Of a DNA stretch of 64,000 nt, positions 51,293 to 61,517 are shown piece after piece. The position numbers and the translations under genes were made by a program. The DNA comes from an uncultured Chlorobiaceae bacterium. Lineage in GTDB: Bacteria; Bacteroidota; Chlorobiia; Chlorobiales; Chlorobiaceae. A model generated the notes under the pieces. That model was given only the letters and a program-made list of their open reading frames with translations, was not told the origin of the DNA and made no database searches. Every line of letters begins with the position of its first letter. The stretch's first letter is position 1. The stretch is taken from contig CAIOLC010000102.1 of NCBI GenBank assembly GCA_903859055.1, forward strand, positions 2,170-66,169, written 5' to 3'.

Positions 51293-52327
51293 TTGAGAAT
51301 AGAATTGCTGAATACACCACCTGATGCGGTCGAGTCAAGGATTGATGAACAGATACGGCCAATACGCATGGAGGATTTTGCCGGGCAGCAACGACTGACT
51401 GATAACCTCAAAGTTTTTATCTCAGCGGCAAAGATGCGGGGCGATGCGCTGGATCATGTTCTGTTGTCCGGCCCGCCAGGCTTGGGCAAGACGACACTTG
51501 CCTATATTATAGCTTCGGAGATGGGGAGCAGTATCAAGGCCACCTCCGGGCCACTGCTTGACAAGGCAGGAAATCTTGCCGGATTGCTGACAAGTTTGCA
51601 AAAGGGTGATGTGCTCTTTATTGATGAAATCCATCGGATGCCGCCAACGGTTGAGGAGTATCTTTACTCGGCTATGGAGGATTTTCGTATTGACATCATG
51701 CTCGACAGTGGCCCCTCTGCAAGGGCTGTGCAGTTGCGTATTGAGCCATTTACCCTGGTGGGAGCAACGACCAGATCCGGTTTGTTGACCTCGCCTCTCA
51801 GGGCAAGATTCGGTATCAACAGCCGCTTTGACTATTATGAGCCTGAACTGCTTGAGCGGATCATCATCAGGGCATCTTCTATTCTTGGTATTGGTGTTGA
51901 CGCTGCGGCAGCTACAGAAATTGCCGGACGATCAAGAGGTACCCCGCGTATTGCCAACAGACTGCTCCGGCGGGCCAGGGATTTTGCGCAGGTTGATGGC
52001 ATCGCAACCATCAGCAGAGCTGTTGCCATGAAAACGCTTGACTGCCTTGAAATTGATGAAGAGGGGCTGGATGAGATGGATAAAAAAATCATGGAGACCA
52101 TTGTCAACAAATTTAACGGTGGTCCTGTCGGTATCGCCTCTCTTGCTGTTTCTGTCGGTGAGGAGCGGGATACCATTGAGGAGGTCTATGAGCCCTATCT
52201 CATTCAGGCAGGTTATTTAACCAGAACGACCAGAGGGCGAGTTGCTACTCGTCAGGCATTTCTCCGTTTTTCAACCGGTTCTGAGACTCATGAATCTCCC
52301 TTGTTTGACGCACAGCAGGATCAGTAA
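51293..52327 (+). CDS. ruvB: Holliday junction branch migration helicase
   Basis: GPPGLGKTTLA, FIDEIHR, GATTRSG, RGTPRIANRLLRR, EPYLIQ. Confidence 0.97.
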   Translation: MRIELLNTPPDAVESRIDEQIRPIRMEDFAGQQRLTDNLKVFISAAKMRGDALDHVLLSGPPGLGKTTLAYIIASEMGSSIKATSGPLLDKAGNLAGLLTSLQKGDVLFIDEIHRMPPTVEEYLYSAMEDFRIDIMLDSGPSARAVQLRIEPFTLVGATTRSGLLTSPLRARFGINSRFDYYEPELLERIIIRASSILGIGVDAAAATEIAGRSRGTPRIANRLLRRARDFAQVDGIATISRAVAMKTLDCLEIDEEGLDEMDKKIMETIVNKFNGGPVGIASLAVSVGEERDTIEEVYEPYLIQAGYLTRTTRGRVATRQAFLRFSTGSETHESPLFDAQQDQ

Positions 52328-53591
52328 AACCATTTATTTCTCTGCTGTTTTTTTTTCTCTGCTCTTGTCTCTGCCAGCCACTGGTACAGGGCGGTTCGAT
52401 GCTGTTGCTGATGATCATCGAAGAGAGTTTGTTGCCGCATTATTGCAGAGCGCTAAAGGGGAGTATCAAAGCGCCATTGAACATCATCGCAAGCTGCTGA
52501 TCACTGATCCCGACAATGCAGCGCTCCACTACGCTCTTTCAAAAAATTATCTTGCCCTTGGCATTATCGATTCAGCCCGATTTCACAGTGAAAAAAGTGT
52601 TCAACTGAATCCTGATAACAAACATTATCTGACCTTGCTTGGCGGCATATCCCATCAGATGAATAATTACCGGGCGGCTGCCGACCGCTATCGTCAACTT
52701 GCCACTCTTGAGCATGGAGCAGGGAAAGAGAGGCTGCTTTTTACCCTTGGCCAGCTCTATTTCCAGACGGCCCAGTATGACCTTGCCATCAAGACCTTCA
52801 AAGAGCTGCTGCAAGAGAATCCTCGAGCCATCTCTGCATGGCTGGCGCTTTTTGAGAGCACAGTGCGGACTGGTAACACCACGGTATTTCGACAGGAGCT
52901 TGAACAGTTGTACAGCTCTTCTCATGCGACTCTGGATCAAAAGGTAGAGTTGGCGCGGCTGTTTGTGATTCGTGCCACGAAGGAGCGCGCTTATGTTGAT
53001 TCGGCATATCTGATGATCACTGCCATTCAACAGCATTATCCCGGCAATCCACGACTAACCCTGACTCTTCAGGTTTTGCAGGCCGAACTTCTTTTTCAGA
53101 CAGGCAACACGAAAAAGGCCCTGTTTCTGCTTCAAAAAGTGGTTCGTTCGAAACATACCAACAAGGAGAAGTGGCTCTATCTGCAGGCGAACAGTACTCT
53201 TGCCCTCTGTTATGACAAGTTGGGTCAATACAGCAAATGTATTCGTCTCTACGAGAGTATTCTGCGGGTCGAACCCGAGAACATTCTGATGATGAACAAT
53301 CTTGCCTATATTCTGGCCGTTCAGGGAAAATCGCTTCCCCGTGCAAGAGAGCTGGCCATGAAAGCGGCAACACGGGAGCCTGCCAATGCAAGTTATCTCG
53401 ATACACTTGGATGGGTGCTCTTTAAAATGGGGATGTATGAACAGTCAAGGGAGCAGTTGGAAAAAGCGGGCAGACTGAATTCGCGAGAGGCGGAAATTTT
53501 TGAACATCTCAGCACCGTCTACGAAAAGCTCGGCAACAGCCGGAAAGCCATCGAAATGCGGGAGCGGGCCAAAACCCTTAAAAGTCGATAG
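52290..53591 (+). CDS. Tetratricopeptide repeat protein (start uncertain)
   Basis: Several TPR-like units (DPDNAALHYAL, NPDNKHY, EPENILMMNNLAY, YLDTLGWV). Confidence 0.85.
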   Translation: MNLPCLTHSRISKTIYFSAVFFSLLLSLPATGTGRFDAVADDHRREFVAALLQSAKGEYQSAIEHHRKLLITDPDNAALHYALSKNYLALGIIDSARFHSEKSVQLNPDNKHYLTLLGGISHQMNNYRAAADRYRQLATLEHGAGKERLLFTLGQLYFQTAQYDLAIKTFKELLQENPRAISAWLALFESTVRTGNTTVFRQELEQLYSSSHATLDQKVELARLFVIRATKERAYVDSAYLMITAIQQHYPGNPRLTLTLQVLQAELLFQTGNTKKALFLLQKVVRSKHTNKEKWLYLQANSTLALCYDKLGQYSKCIRLYESILRVEPENILMMNNLAYILAVQGKSLPRARELAMKAATREPANASYLDTLGWVLFKMGMYEQSREQLEKAGRLNSREAEIFEHLSTVYEKLGNSRKAIEMRERAKTLKSR

Positions 53592-53593
53592 AA

Positions 53594-53690
53594 AAAGTTC
53601 AAGGTTCAAAGTTCAAAGTTCAAAGTTCAAAGTTCAAAGTTCAAAGTTCAAACCTTGAACTTGAAACTTTGAACTTCCAAAACTTTGAAA
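53594..53690. repeat. Heptamer tandem repeat followed by a degenerate inverted arm
   Basis: Eight units at 53594-53649 (seven AAAGTTC, one AAGGTTC); 53653-53690 holds reverse-complement units (TTGAAC, TTTGAAC). Confidence 0.92.
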
Positions 53691-53694
53691 AAAT

Positions 53695-56600
53695 TCAATC
53701 GAAACGGCGTGCTGCCAGATATTCATAATGTGCCCAGCGCGCATCCACCTCTTTCTGGATAGCCGTGTAGTACTCTTCTGCAAGAGCTTTATGGCTCTTT
53801 TTGAGCATTCTGAAGCGATTCTCCATATCAAGGAACTGTGCAACCGGAATCTTTGGCTTTTTCGAGTCAAGAGTCAACGGGTTTTTGCCCTCCAGTAACA
53901 GTTGAGGATTATAACGATAGAGAATCCAGTGGCCGGAGTCCACCGCCGCCTTCTGATTGTCAAGAGCCGTCGCCATGTTGATGCCCTGGGCGATGCAGTG
54001 CGAGTAGGCTATAATGATTGACGGGCCGTCATAGGCCTCGGCCTCAAGAAATGCTTTCAGTGTCTGTTCATCTCTGGCACCAAAGGCCACTGATGCTACA
54101 TAGGCATTTCCATAGCTCATCGAAATCAGGCCAAGATCCTTCTTGGTCACGGTTCGTCCTGCCGTGGAGAACTTTGCTACAGCAGCTTTTGGTGTGGCTT
54201 TTGAGGCCTGTCCGCCGGTGTTGGAGTAGACCTCTGTGTCGAGCACAAGAAGGTTCACATTTTTATTGCCAGCCGTTACGTGGTCAACGCCACCATACCC
54301 GATATCGTAGGCCCATCCATCGCCACCAACACCCCATACACTCTTCTTGACCAGCATATCTGCCAGTGAAAGCAGGTTACGGGTATCTGAGGAGGTGGTC
54401 AGCACCAACTTCTCTTTCAAAAGGGAGACGCGTGCTCTCTGCTCTGCAATTTCAACTTCGTTGGTCTCGCTTGCTTCCAAAATCTCCTTGACCAGGGTTT
54501 CTCCGACCTCTGAGGCCACTCTTTTCAAAAGCTCACCAGCATACTCCCGCTGTTTGTCAATAGAGAGTCTGAAACCGAGAGAGAACTCTGCGGCATCTTC
54601 AAACAGTGAGTTGGACCATGCCGGGCCGCGACCACAGGAGTTGCTGGTGTAAGGGGTCGTTGGAAGGTTGCCACCATAAATGGATGAACAGCCTGTGGCG
54701 TTGCCGATGACCAGGCGATCGCCGAACAACTGGGTCAAGAGCTTGACATAGGGGGTTTCACCGCAGCCGGTGCAGGCACCGGAAAACTCGAAGAGTGGCT
54801 GCTGAAGCTGCTGCTCCTTGATCAGCCGTGTGTTGATTTTGCTGCGGTCATATTCAGGAATGGAAAGATAGAACTCCCAGTTCTCAGCTTCAGCTTTCCG
54901 TAGAGGCGGCTGCGGGCTCATGACCAGCGCTTTTGCGCCGCTGCTCTTATCCTTGCCGGGGCATATCCGCGCACAAATTTCACAGCCGGTGCAATCTTCA
55001 GGGGCAATCTGGATCGTGTAGCGCATCCCTTCCCAGCTCGTCCCTTTGGCAGCAGTGCTTTTGAAGGTGGCGGGCGCATGCTCCAGATTCTCGGGAGCAT
55101 AAACCTTGGCGCGGATGGCTGCATGAGGACAGACAAAAGCGCATTTGGCGCACTGTATACATGCTGAAGGTTCCCAGACAGGAATTTCATCAGCCAGATT
55201 GCGTTTTTCAAATTTTGCAGTGCCAGTGGGGTAGGTGCCATCTGCCGGAAAGTCACTGACGGGGATGTTGTCGCCATCACCGGCAATGATTCGCGCCAGG
55301 ACGTTGCTGACAAATGCAGGCGCATTGCCAACCACCGTTGGCCTCAGCTCCTTGATGCTGTCAGCCGCCGAACCGAGAGTGACCTGATACAGATTGGAGA
55401 GAGTTTTGTCGACCGCCTGAATATTCTGATTCACCACCTCATCACCTTTCTTGCCATAAGTCTGCCTTATGGCGTTCTTGATCTTTTCTACAGCCTCTTC
55501 ACGGGGCAGTACACCGGATATGGCGAAAAAGCAGGCCTGCATGATGGTGTTGATTCGCTGGCCCATGCCGCTGGTGTGAGCAACCTTGTAGGCATCAATA
55601 GTATAGAGTTTGGCCTCTTTGCTGATCAGGTGCTTCTGTACAATTTTAGGCAGCTTTTCCCACAGTTCATGAGCCGCATAAGGTGAATTCAGCAGCAGAG
55701 TTCCCCCTTTTCTGAGATTTTTAACCAGATCAAGCATCTCCAGGAAGATCCAGTGGTGGCAACCGATAAACTGAGCCTCGGTTACCAGATAGGCCGAACG
55801 AATCTGTTCAGGCCCAAATCGCAGGTGTGAGGTGGTAATAGAGCCCGATTTTTTTGAGTCGTACACAAAATAGCCCTGAGCAAAATTATCAGTGTTTTCG
55901 CCAATAATCTTGATACTGTTTTTGTTGGCACCAACCGTGCCATCCGAACCAAGACCGTAAAAGAGAGCCCTGAACATCTCATCAGCTTCAATCGAGAAGG
56001 AGGGATCGTAATCGAGGCTGGTGTGGGTAACATTGTCGTTGATGCCAACGGTAAAGTGATTTTTGGGTTTTGCTGATGCGAGGTTGTCGAACACGGCCTT
56101 GACCATCGCCGGAGTGAACTCTTTGGAAGAGAGGCCATATCGGCCACCAAGAACGGTTGGCATCGATTTCAGCAGGCCATTCTGCACCGCTTCATGCAGG
56201 GCATTGACGGTGTCGAGGTAGAGTGGCTCGCCTGCGCTGCCGGGCTCTTTGACACGGTCAAGCACCGCAACAGAGGTAACCGAGGCTGGAAATGCCTTGA
56301 CAAAACGATCAACATCAAAAGGACGGAAGAGACGGGGATGGATAACCCCCACCTTTTCATCCTGTTTATTGAGATATTCCATGGTCTCGCGCGCTGTTTC
56401 AACACCTGAACCCATCAGGACGATGACCCGTGTTGCATCGGGAGCACCATAGTATTCGTAAAGCTTATAGTGCCGTCCGGTGAGTTCGCCAAATTTGGCC
56501 ATTGCCTTTTCAGTGATCTCCGGGCAGGCGTTATAGTAGCCGTTGACGGTCTCCCTTGCCTGGAAATAGACATCAGGGTTCTGGGATGTTCCGCGAAGCA

Positions 56601-57240
56601 CCGGTGCATCAGGGCTGAGGCGGCGGTTTCTGTGAGCGATAACCAGATCGTCGTTGACCATCTCCTTGATAATCGTGTCGGGAATCACCTCGATTTTGGA
56701 TATTTCGTGTGAGGTTCTGAAGCCGTCGAAGAAGTGGAGAAAAGGTACTCTTGACTCAAGCGTTGCGGCCGAGGTAATGAGAGCAATATCCATCACCTCC
56801 TGAACAGAACTTGATGCCAGCAGCGCAAATCCTGTGCCCCTTACCGACATGACATCGCTGTGGTCACCGAAGATCGAGAGCCCCTGTGCGGCAAGCGCAC
56901 GGGCCGAGACGTGAATGGCGCAGGGGGTCAGTTCACCTGCAATTTTATACATGGTCGGAATCATGAGCAGCAAGCCCTGTGATGCCGTAAAGGTTGTGGT
57001 CAGAGCACCAGTCTGCAACGCTCCGTGAACGGCAGCCGCAGCACCAGCTTCACTCTGTAATTCATCAACTTTTGGAACGGTCCCCCAAATGTTTTTTTTC
57101 CCCTCGGCAGACCACATCTCTGAATACTCACCCATCGGTGATGCCGGGGTAATGGGATAGACACAAATTACTTCACTGGTGCGATAAGAGATATGAGCTA
57201 ACGCTTCATTTCCCTCCATAGTTTTAAAAGTGCGGGTCAT
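53695..57240 (-). CDS. nifJ: Pyruvate:ferredoxin (flavodoxin) oxidoreductase, homodimeric type
   Basis: YPITPAS, QSEAGAA, CIQCAKCAFVCP, CTGCEICARICP, GACTGCGE, GDGWAYDIG. Confidence 0.97.
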   Translation of the reverse strand: MTRTFKTMEGNEALAHISYRTSEVICVYPITPASPMGEYSEMWSAEGKKNIWGTVPKVDELQSEAGAAAAVHGALQTGALTTTFTASQGLLLMIPTMYKIAGELTPCAIHVSARALAAQGLSIFGDHSDVMSVRGTGFALLASSSVQEVMDIALITSAATLESRVPFLHFFDGFRTSHEISKIEVIPDTIIKEMVNDDLVIAHRNRRLSPDAPVLRGTSQNPDVYFQARETVNGYYNACPEITEKAMAKFGELTGRHYKLYEYYGAPDATRVIVLMGSGVETARETMEYLNKQDEKVGVIHPRLFRPFDVDRFVKAFPASVTSVAVLDRVKEPGSAGEPLYLDTVNALHEAVQNGLLKSMPTVLGGRYGLSSKEFTPAMVKAVFDNLASAKPKNHFTVGINDNVTHTSLDYDPSFSIEADEMFRALFYGLGSDGTVGANKNSIKIIGENTDNFAQGYFVYDSKKSGSITTSHLRFGPEQIRSAYLVTEAQFIGCHHWIFLEMLDLVKNLRKGGTLLLNSPYAAHELWEKLPKIVQKHLISKEAKLYTIDAYKVAHTSGMGQRINTIMQACFFAISGVLPREEAVEKIKNAIRQTYGKKGDEVVNQNIQAVDKTLSNLYQVTLGSAADSIKELRPTVVGNAPAFVSNVLARIIAGDGDNIPVSDFPADGTYPTGTAKFEKRNLADEIPVWEPSACIQCAKCAFVCPHAAIRAKVYAPENLEHAPATFKSTAAKGTSWEGMRYTIQIAPEDCTGCEICARICPGKDKSSGAKALVMSPQPPLRKAEAENWEFYLSIPEYDRSKINTRLIKEQQLQQPLFEFSGACTGCGETPYVKLLTQLFGDRLVIGNATGCSSIYGGNLPTTPYTSNSCGRGPAWSNSLFEDAAEFSLGFRLSIDKQREYAGELLKRVASEVGETLVKEILEASETNEVEIAEQRARVSLLKEKLVLTTSSDTRNLLSLADMLVKKSVWGVGGDGWAYDIGYGGVDHVTAGNKNVNLLVLDTEVYSNTGGQASKATPKAAVAKFSTAGRTVTKKDLGLISMSYGNAYVASVAFGARDEQTLKAFLEAEAYDGPSIIIAYSHCIAQGINMATALDNQKAAVDSGHWILYRYNPQLLLEGKNPLTLDSKKPKIPVAQFLDMENRFRMLKKSHKALAEEYYTAIQKEVDARWAHYEYLAARRFD

Positions 57241-57524
57241 ACTGGCAGTCACCTGATTTGTATTGATGAAAGGCATGCGTAAGTGTGCAGTGTACTGGCG
57301 TGCAGGCCATCAATCAACAGCAAAAGTTGCTTGACAAGAAAACAGGCCAATGTGGCAACAAAGATATTAAAAAAAATGATTATTGATAAATTTAATTAGA
57401 TTCCGGCTTTTCCCGTTGAGAGACCCTCCGGTGGTCGTGGCAGTCTCTTTTGAATTGCCCTGCACAGGCCCAAGCTCTTTCGTTTACTTTTTCAATACAT
57501 ATATCCCAGGACAAGAGGTTTATC

Positions 57525-58271
57525 ATGGACGCGGAACACTCCGAAAACATTGTCTATGGCAGAAATGCCGTCCTTGAGCTTCTCCAGCAAAAGCCCGAGA
57601 GTATCGAGAAGATCTATTTTCAGTTCAACACCTCTCATCCAAAACTTAAGGAAATTGTTATCACCTCACGGCGCCTGAAGCTTGTCAGCGGCAAGGCCCG
57701 GCTTGAAAAGCTTTCGGATATCGCAGGCACCACGAAACACCAGGGTGTCTGTGCGCTCATCAGCGCCGTCACCTACTATTCACTCGAAGAGGTTCTGGCA
57801 CATCCCCGCAATACCTTTCCGCTTTTTGTGGTGCTGCAGGGGCTGGATGATCCGCACAATATCGGGGCCATTATCAGAACCGCCGAAGCTGTGGCCGCCG
57901 ATGCGGTGGTGCTGGTTGAGGGTAAAGGCGCTCCGGTAAATGCGGTCGTCCATAAAGCGGCTGCCGGAGCGCTCTCCCATATCAGGATTTGCAAAGTAAA
58001 GAGTCTGGTGCGTGCTCTGGAGTTTCTGCATCAGTGCAATGTTCAGGTTATCGCTGCCGACATGGATGCCGAGCTGAATTATACCGACGCTGATATGAAA
58101 AAAGCGACGGCCATCGTTCTTGGCATGGAGGGAAGCGGACTTGCGCCGGAGGCGGTACAATTCTGTGACCATGTTGTTCGGATTCCGATGGCAGGCTGCG
58201 TTGAATCGCTCAATGTCAGTGTCACCGCCGGGGTGCTGCTCTACGAGGCAATGAGGCAGCGACTTGCGTAA
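57525..58271 (+). CDS. rlmB: 23S rRNA (G2251-2'-O)-methyltransferase, TrmH/SpoU family
   Basis: VYGRNAV, HQGV, DPHNIGAIIRTA, LGMEGSGL, ESLNVSV. Confidence 0.9.
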   Translation: MDAEHSENIVYGRNAVLELLQQKPESIEKIYFQFNTSHPKLKEIVITSRRLKLVSGKARLEKLSDIAGTTKHQGVCALISAVTYYSLEEVLAHPRNTFPLFVVLQGLDDPHNIGAIIRTAEAVAADAVVLVEGKGAPVNAVVHKAAAGALSHIRICKVKSLVRALEFLHQCNVQVIAADMDAELNYTDADMKKATAIVLGMEGSGLAPEAVQFCDHVVRIPMAGCVESLNVSVTAGVLLYEAMRQRLA

Positions 58272-58374
58272 CTTGCCCTGCCCATTGATTTGAAGGAATT
58301 CCAAAAAATAGTACCTTGAGCATAATTAAATATTGCAGAGCAGACTCCATCAACACACTTTCTCTCTTTTGACC

Positions 58375-58758
58375 ATGACTATTCCTGCCGACCTTCGCTA
58401 TACCAAAGACCACGAATGGATTACACTGCTTGAAGATGGCAGTACTGCGCTGGTTGGTATCACTGACTTTGCCCAGCACGAACTTGGCGATATTGTTTTT
58501 GTGGAGCTGAAATCGGCAGGAACCACTCTCAAAGAGCATGAGGTGTTCGGGACGGTTGAGGCGGTCAAGACGGTCGCCGATCTCTTTGCGCCGGTTGCCG
58601 GAGAGATAGTTGAGGTCAACACAGAACTCGATAACGCTGAAATTGTCAATCAGGATCCCTATGGGAAAGGCTGGCTGGTCAAGATAAAGGTTGCCAATCC
58701 GGCAGCAGTAACTGCGCTGCTTGATGCTGAGGCTTACCGCCAGTTGACGGGGGAGTAA
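58375..58758 (+). CDS. gcvH: Glycine cleavage system H protein
   Basis: YTKDHEW, GITDFAQHELGD, VEAVKT lipoyl-Lys, NQDPYGKGW. Confidence 0.96.
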   Translation: MTIPADLRYTKDHEWITLLEDGSTALVGITDFAQHELGDIVFVELKSAGTTLKEHEVFGTVEAVKTVADLFAPVAGEIVEVNTELDNAEIVNQDPYGKGWLVKIKVANPAAVTALLDAEAYRQLTGE

Positions 58759-58761
58759 CGG

Positions 58762-60096
58762 ATGCCGTTTATAGTCAATACTGCGGATGAAAGAGAGGCG
58801 ATGCTTCGTGCCACAGGTGCCAGCTCCTTTGATGATCTTCTTGCCGATATCCCTGAAGAGATTCGCCTGAAGAGGGTGCTTGACCTCCTTCCTGCCGTGG
58901 ATGAGCTTCAGGTGCGCAAACTTCTCGAAGGGCTTGCGGCGGCTAACCGGAGCACCTCCGACTTTGTCAGCTATTTGGGCGGAGGCGCTTATGACCATTT
59001 TATCCCTGCGGCTATCAAGAGCATTGTCTCCCGCAGCGAGTTTTACACGGCCTACACTCCCTATCAGGCAGAGGTTTCACAGGGAACACTGCAGGCGATC
59101 TACGAATACCAGAGTCTGATATGCCGTCTTTATGAGATGGATGTCACCAATGCCTCCATGTATGACGGCGCGACGGCTCTTGCCGAAGCGGTGTTGATGG
59201 CGATGAATGTTACCGGTCGCAGTCAGGTGGTGGTGGCAGGCAAGCTGCATCCCTGGAACAGCTCTGTCCTGAAGACTTACCTTGAGGCTTCGGGCCATAA
59301 TGCGGTTATTCAGAATGTGCTTCAGGATGGTGTGGGCGATCTTGCCTCACTCAAAGCGCTGGTGAACGAGAGTGTTGCCGCTGTTGTGGTTCAGCAGCCC
59401 AACTTTTATGGCTGCCTTGAGGATGTTGAGGCTCTTGGCACCATTGCTCATGCAGGTGGAGCGCTTTTTGTGGTCTCTGCTGATCCGCTCTCTCTGGGTC
59501 TGCTTGCAGCGCCCGGCAGTTATGGAGCTGATATTGCGGTGGGTGAGGGGCAGCCACTGGGCACACCGCAGAGTTTCGGAGGCCCCTATCTTGGCCTTTT
59601 CAGCGTCAAACAGCCGCTGGTACGCAAGATTCCTGGTCGCCTGGTCGGTATGACGAAGGATCGTGATGGTGAGGATGGCTTTATTCTGACGCTTCAGACT
59701 CGCGAGCAGCACATTCGTCGCGAAAAAGCAACCTCTAATATTTGCAGCAACCAGGCACTCAATGCGCTTCAGGCAGCCGTCTATCTTTCGCTGCTCGGCA
59801 AAGAGGGGCTTCGTGAGGTTGCCACCCAATCGGCACAGAAGGCGCACTATTTGGCGGGAAAGATTGCTGCAATACCAGGCTTTTCATTGAAGTATTCGTC
59901 GCCTTATTTCAGGGAGTTTGTGGTTGAAACACCGATTCCTGCAGCAGTTGTGGTCGAGCGGATGCTCGAACAGAAGATCTTTGCCGGTTATGATCTGGCG
60001 GCTCATGGTGAAACAGGGTTGCTGGTTGCGGTTACGGAGAAGCGGAGCAAGGGGGAGCTGGATGGTTTTGTGGAGGGGCTGGCGGGTTTGTTATAG
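58762..60096 (+). CDS. gcvPA: Glycine dehydrogenase subunit 1
   Basis: [45 protein letters not shown]. Confidence 0.96.
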   Translation: MPFIVNTADEREAMLRATGASSFDDLLADIPEEIRLKRVLDLLPAVDELQVRKLLEGLAAANRSTSDFVSYLGGGAYDHFIPAAIKSIVSRSEFYTAYTPYQAEVSQGTLQAIYEYQSLICRLYEMDVTNASMYDGATALAEAVLMAMNVTGRSQVVVAGKLHPWNSSVLKTYLEASGHNAVIQNVLQDGVGDLASLKALVNESVAAVVVQQPNFYGCLEDVEALGTIAHAGGALFVVSADPLSLGLLAAPGSYGADIAVGEGQPLGTPQSFGGPYLGLFSVKQPLVRKIPGRLVGMTKDRDGEDGFILTLQTREQHIRREKATSNICSNQALNALQAAVYLSLLGKEGLREVATQSAQKAHYLAGKIAAIPGFSLKYSSPYFREFVVETPIPAAVVVERMLEQKIFAGYDLAAHGETGLLVAVTEKRSKGELDGFVEGLAGLL

Positions 60097-60135
60097 GAGT
60101 TAGGGGAGTTATAGGTTTTATGGGAGTTATAAATT
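60091..60135. repeat. Five degenerate 9-bp tandem units
   Basis: TTATAGGAG TTAGGGGAG TTATAGGTT TTATGGGAG TTATAAATT. Confidence 0.6.
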
Positions 60136-60164
60136 TTTCAGCTCCCTGGGAGGGAGCTGAAAAA
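60134..60164. terminator. Bidirectional terminator between gcvPA and dapA
   Basis: TTTTTCAGCTCCCT-GGG-AGGGAGCTGAAAAA. Confidence 0.88.
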
Positions 60165-60184
60165 GGGGAGGATTGGGGATGATT

Positions 60185-61075
60185 TTAGATGAGGTTGAGG
60201 GTTTTTAGCTCCTGATCGATGATCTTTTTGCTTTCGTCTGAAAGGGGAACAAGTGGCAGGCGGTAGTTCTCTTCAATCATACCCATACGGGCAAGGGCGT
60301 ACTTTACTGGTACCGGGTTGCTCTCAATAAAGTTCAGCTTCAGGAGCTTGCGATATCGGCGGTTGATTGAGCGAGCCTCTTCGAGGTCGTTCCGCTTGAC
60401 CGCTTCAATGAGTTGCTTGATCTCTTTTGGTATCTGGTTTGCCGCAACAGAGATTGCCCCGTCTCCACCCATTGCCATAAAGGGGAGAATCAGCGAATCT
60501 TCACCAGTCAGCACAGAGAAATTGTCAGGTCGCTCCTCAAGCAGTTCAGAGATTTGACCGATATTTTCTGATGCCTCCTTGACCGCTGCAATGTTTTCAA
60601 AATCACGGGCGAGCCGCAGGATAGTCGATGCCGCGACATTGCAACCAGTTCTTCCTGGAACATTATAGATGATAATCGGCACAGAGACCGCCTCGGCGAT
60701 CTGCCGGTAGTGCTGATAGATCCCCTCCTGCGATGGCTTGTTGTAATAGGGAGAAACCGACAGAATTGCCAAAGCACCCGCCTTCTCGGCATTTTTTGCC
60801 AGCTCGACAGCATGTTTTGTATCATTGGTGCCCGCACCCGCCGCCACCATTATCTTTTCACCAGCCTCATCCTTTACCGTGCGGATAATCTCAGCCTGCT
60901 CATCCCCGGAAAGTGTTGGCGACTCACCGGTCGTTCCACAGGTGATGATAATATCCGTCCCCGCCTTGATATGAAACTGCACCAGTCTCCTCAAGGCATC
61001 GCTATCTATCGAATTGTCCTGCCTGAAGGGGGTCACAAGTGCAACGGCGGATCCTGAAATGTAACGTCTGGACAT
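60185..61075 (-). CDS. dapA: 4-hydroxy-tetrahydrodipicolinate synthase
   Basis: [41 protein letters not shown]. Confidence 0.96.
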   Translation of the reverse strand: MSRRYISGSAVALVTPFRQDNSIDSDALRRLVQFHIKAGTDIIITCGTTGESPTLSGDEQAEIIRTVKDEAGEKIMVAAGAGTNDTKHAVELAKNAEKAGALAILSVSPYYNKPSQEGIYQHYRQIAEAVSVPIIIYNVPGRTGCNVAASTILRLARDFENIAAVKEASENIGQISELLEERPDNFSVLTGEDSLILPFMAMGGDGAISVAANQIPKEIKQLIEAVKRNDLEEARSINRRYRKLLKLNFIESNPVPVKYALARMGMIEENYRLPLVPLSDESKKIIDQELKTLNLI

Positions 61076-61424
61076 ACTTTTTTATCCCGGTAGTATTGAA
61101 AATCGTTGTAAGTCAATCGTGAGAACTTGAGCCTGGTCATGGTATCGTTCCCGGTCAGAGAGAGAATATACAGAGAAAGGTAATTTGTAAAACTGATTTT
61201 ATCGCAAAATCAGAAAACTCTTTTTAAAAAATCAGCAGGAGCGAGGATGTGCGTTGAAAATCAATATTCTTTTAAAATTCTGCCAGGAGGTTCTCTATAT
61301 TTTGACAATAATAACCGATGTAGAGAGATAAAGGAGTCTTATGCCTAAAGAGGAGCCCGGAGTAAGAGCATATCTCCTGACTGTTTACTGCGATTTTCTG
61401 TTTTCAAACTTATTTTTACCAAAG

Positions 61425-61455
61425 GGCACCCTGCTTTTCGGGTATGCAGGGTGCC
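61425..61455 (+). terminator. GC-rich hairpin in the leader of the siroheme-synthesis gene (possible attenuator)
   Basis: GGCACCCTGC-N11-GCAGGGTGCC followed by AATTTATTTT. Confidence 0.4.
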
Positions 61456-61517
61456 AATTTATTTTCGATGGGAAGCCCCCCTTGTCGGGGAACTCTTGTT
61501 GAATCAAAGGAGAGATC

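Noticed and set aside
53594-53690. CRISPR array
   Set aside because: The 7-bp units are contiguous with no spacers, and no cas genes are present.
58375-60096. Incomplete glycine cleavage system (no gcvPB or gcvT)
   Set aside because: Two-subunit P proteins with dispersed genes are common; the rest is likely elsewhere in the genome.
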